Assembly (NCBI RefSeq): GCF_011745625.1
Contig: NW_027191493.1
Coordinates: 1 to 64,000 of the forward strand
Source of the DNA: Cladosporium halotolerans
Taxonomy: Eukaryota
Length of the DNA: 64,000 nucleotides
Direction: 5' to 3'
The notes under the pieces are model-generated. The model saw only the letters and a program-made list of their open reading frames with translations, was not told where the DNA came from and did not search any database. Position 1 is the first letter of the stretch; the number at the start of each line of letters is the position of its first letter. Shown in pieces: positions 61,103 to 64,000 of this stretch. Both the position numbers and the translations under genes were made by a program.

Positions 61103-63187
61103 ATGGATCCTCTGAAGTTGCTGTCGCGTTCGACGAAGCTGTCAAAGCAAGGCAAGGCCAAGAAAGAGGCCGCGCTGCCCAGTGGACAGCAGGCTCGTCC
61201 TCAGCTCTTTGCCGCGGATCGCAATAGTGCGTCCGCGGGTGCCTCTAAAAAGCGAAAGAGAGGGCAAGACGGGAATGCGACTAGCGAGAACGACGTTTCT
61301 GGTCTTGACTTTTTTGGGAAGAAGCTGTCGAAGTCTGAGAAATCACAACCACAGCCGGACGCCCACGATCTTGATGCAGACAACGAAGGCGCAGACCGAG
61401 AAGTGGAGGACGATTCAGAAGAGCATTCCAGACACATCTTGAAGACGCACAAATTGAAGTTGACCTGGCTGAACCCTCCCTCGAGTAAATCGTCCAAGAA
61501 GGAAAAGCGGAAAGCGAAAGAGGACAAAAAAGAGCAGAAACAGAACGTATACCCACGCCCGCTGGAGAAGTTTCATGCGCTTCGCCAACGCTTTGGCGTT
61601 GCACAGAGATTACAGGAGAATGTTTCTGAGCAAGGCTACGATCTGGCGACAGAAGTGCAATTGGCTGCACTACCTGTTCTATTAGACGACCCAAAATCGT
61701 TTCTACCCCTGCCGACAGAATCAAATGCTGCGGCGCTCGAGTCCTCGTGTATCGACTTGCTTACGGTAGCTCCCACAGGAAGTGGCAAGACACTGGCATT
61801 TTTGATTCCACTGTTCAGCAAGATCATGAGATTACGAAAGAGTCAAAAAGATGTAAGGCACACTACGGCAGTAATTCTTGCACCAACGAAAGAGTTGGTT
61901 GGGCAGATTACGAATGAGGGAAAAAAGCTGGCTCTGAATACGGGGATAAAGATCACTCAGGTGCGGAAGGGTATGCGTTTGGGTCATTCTTTGGCAGCAG
62001 ATGACAGTGCAGAGGACAAGGCTGAAGAGGAGTCTTCGGTCAAGGTTGATATCCTGGTTTCCACTCCTGGAGTTTTGCACAGCATACTAGCGGACCAGGA
62101 AGGCGACACCCACAACGCGCTCCCGGCCGTTCAATCACTTGTGCTAGACGAAGCTGATGTCTTACTGGATCCTCTCTTCCGAGATCAGACCCTTGCCATC
62201 TGGAACAAGCTGTCCCATGCAGACTTGAGAGTGAGCTTATGGTCAGCGACTATGGGCAGCAACGTCGAAGATCTTGCTCGATCGACCATCGCTGAGCGCC
62301 GAAAACGCCTTGCAGAGAGCGATGTCGAGATTTCTGAGGCTCCACTTGTCCGACTCGTCGTTGGCCTCAAAGACTCCGCTGTACCTAATGTAGAGCATAA
62401 GCTTACCTACGCTGCAACCGAGCAAGGTAAGCTCATGGGCTTGAGACAATTGCTACACCCGACGACTACCAACGCCGGAAGCGGTCCGCCTCTCCGTCCG
62501 CCTTTCCTCGTCTTCACGCAAACTATAGAGCGTGCCGTTGCGTTGCATTCGGAATTGCTTTACGACATTCCCGCTGAGGCTGGAGGTATCAGCCGCATCG
62601 CTGTGCTACACTCGGATCTCTCCGACACTGCGCGCGACAGCGTCATGACTCGATTCCGGAAAGGCGAAGTCTGGGTCCTGATCACCACCGACCTGCTATC
62701 TCGAGGTGTTGACTTTCGTGGAGTCAACGGAGTGGTCAATTACGATATCCCTACATCTAGCGCCGCATATGTACATCGCGTCGGAAGGACTGGAAGAGCA
62801 GGACGTCAAGGCGGCGTTGCTGTCACTCTGTACAGTAAGGAGGACATTCCTTACATGAAGCACGTGGCAAATGTAGTTTCAATGGCACAGAAACAGCAAG
62901 GCTCAGCTGCAGGAGAAGGTGTTCAGCAATGGTTGCTGGATGCTCTCCCTGCACTCACCAAAAACGAGAAACAAAAGTTCAAGAAGCGCGGTGTCGAGGC
63001 GAGGACTGCAAAAGGCATGGCGAATGATCCCCACAGCGCGAGGAAAGCACGCATCAGTACTAAGTCTGGCTATGTGCGGCGCGAAGAGAACAAGCGCAAA
63101 GGTGCTATTGCGGCCAGCAAGCAGAGGTCGAAGGCTCAGCAGAACGACGAGGCTGGGAACGACTCTGATTTTGCAGGATTTGACTGA
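61103..63187 (+). CDS. ROK1: DEAD-box RNA helicase Rok1 (18S rRNA biogenesis)
   Basis: MDPLKLLSRST start; APTGSGKT, APTKEL, DEAD, WSAT, TEQGKL, LRPPFLVFTQTIERA, HRVGRTGRAG. Confidence 0.92.
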   Translation: MDPLKLLSRSTKLSKQGKAKKEAALPSGQQARPQLFAADRNSASAGASKKRKRGQDGNATSENDVSGLDFFGKKLSKSEKSQPQPDAHDLDADNEGADREVEDDSEEHSRHILKTHKLKLTWLNPPSSKSSKKEKRKAKEDKKEQKQNVYPRPLEKFHALRQRFGVAQRLQENVSEQGYDLATEVQLAALPVLLDDPKSFLPLPTESNAAALESSCIDLLTVAPTGSGKTLAFLIPLFSKIMRLRKSQKDVRHTTAVILAPTKELVGQITNEGKKLALNTGIKITQVRKGMRLGHSLAADDSAEDKAEEESSVKVDILVSTPGVLHSILADQEGDTHNALPAVQSLVLDEADVLLDPLFRDQTLAIWNKLSHADLRVSLWSATMGSNVEDLARSTIAERRKRLAESDVEISEAPLVRLVVGLKDSAVPNVEHKLTYAATEQGKLMGLRQLLHPTTTNAGSGPPLRPPFLVFTQTIERAVALHSELLYDIPAEAGGISRIAVLHSDLSDTARDSVMTRFRKGEVWVLITTDLLSRGVDFRGVNGVVNYDIPTSSAAYVHRVGRTGRAGRQGGVAVTLYSKEDIPYMKHVANVVSMAQKQQGSAAGEGVQQWLLDALPALTKNEKQKFKKRGVEARTAKGMANDPHSARKARISTKSGYVRREENKRKGAIAASKQRSKAQQNDEAGNDSDFAGFD

Positions 63188-63223
63188 GCTGAGCTTGCAA
63201 GAGTGCTCTCGTGGTCATGATAT

Positions 63224-64000
63224 TTACTGTAGATTTACAAATGCACCGCCGTCTACCAGCATCTGCGATCCGCTCATGTACGAACTCATGTCGCTCGCCA
63301 GGAACACCGCTGGGCCAGCCAGATCATGCGGTTGTCCAAGGCGCCCTAGGGGAATGCGACCCTCCATGTATGTTCGCTTTTTCTCGTCTGCCATGTCCTC
63401 GTCATTGAGCTGTGTTCGGATGGTGCCGGGCAGCAACGCATTGCAGCGTATGCTGTATTGGCCGAGTGCGCAAGCGCAAGACTGCATCAAGGACAACACG
63501 CCGGCTTTGGTGGGTGTGTAATGTGTCTGGCCCGCACCTCCAACAAGAGCTGAGATCGAGGATACGCCGATGATGCTGCCACCTTGAGGCGACTGCTTCG
63601 CCATTTGCTGTGCGGCAGCTTGCACTGCGAAAAATGCGCCGTTGAGGTTTGTGCCGATCGTGAAGTTCACAAGGTCAGGTGAGATACTGGAGATTGATCA
63701 GCCAATGCAAGATCTGCGTGCTGTGAGAATAGCTAGGTGCTCACGTCAAGAAGTCCGCAAACTCGCATACGCCGGCATTGCTTACGAAGATGTCCAAGCG
63801 ACCAAACTTGTCCACCGTCTTTGACACGAGGTCTTTGCCTGCTTCTGGCTTGCGGATGTCTCCGGGGACTCCAACGATCTTGCTACCATGTTCGCCTGCT
63901 TCGGCAACTAGACTTTCAAGTTGCGATGTGGACTTGTTGTCTGGGAAGTAATTGACGCCAATACTTGCGCCTTGACGGACGTATTCGAGCACGATGGCAC
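63224..64000 (-). CDS. LRA1: L-rhamnose 1-dehydrogenase (SDR), 5' end outside the window; intron 63687-63744
   Basis: VSNAGVCEFADFL, SSISALVGGAGQTHYTPTKAG, IRCNALLPGTIRT, LVDGGAFVNLQ are characteristic of LRA1-type SDRs. Confidence 0.88.

Overview
Eukaryotic, intron-containing DNA from a filamentous ascomycete. Short GT-AG introns with CTRAY branch sites, a DHN-melanin gene and the gene content suggest a Dothideomycete-like fungus, but the taxon is an inference. About 24 protein-coding genes are supported, mostly housekeeping: HIS4, STB6-like, 14-3-3, NAM8/NGR1-like, Artemis, ATP20, ROK1, CPS1, esdC and scytalone dehydratase. There is also a tandem pair of identical tRNA-Arg(ACG) genes. The most notable signal is an L-rhamnose catabolic gene set spread over about 41 kb and interleaved with unrelated genes: lra3 with the RhaR-type regulator at 23-27.5 kb, an LRA4-type aldolase at 50.4 kb and lra1 at the right edge. 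The lra3/rhaR and lra4 promoters share a 17-bp CGG-N11-CCG site that is 14/17 identical, each close to CreA-type sites. Other leads are a hairpin-forming 255-nt intron in SCD1, a probably dimeric tRNA transcript, a stand-alone SRA protein with an altered pocket, a Cys/His microprotein and stop-free 3n introns. Family calls come from recognised motifs and recall; no database searches were run. Intron coordinates were read by eye.
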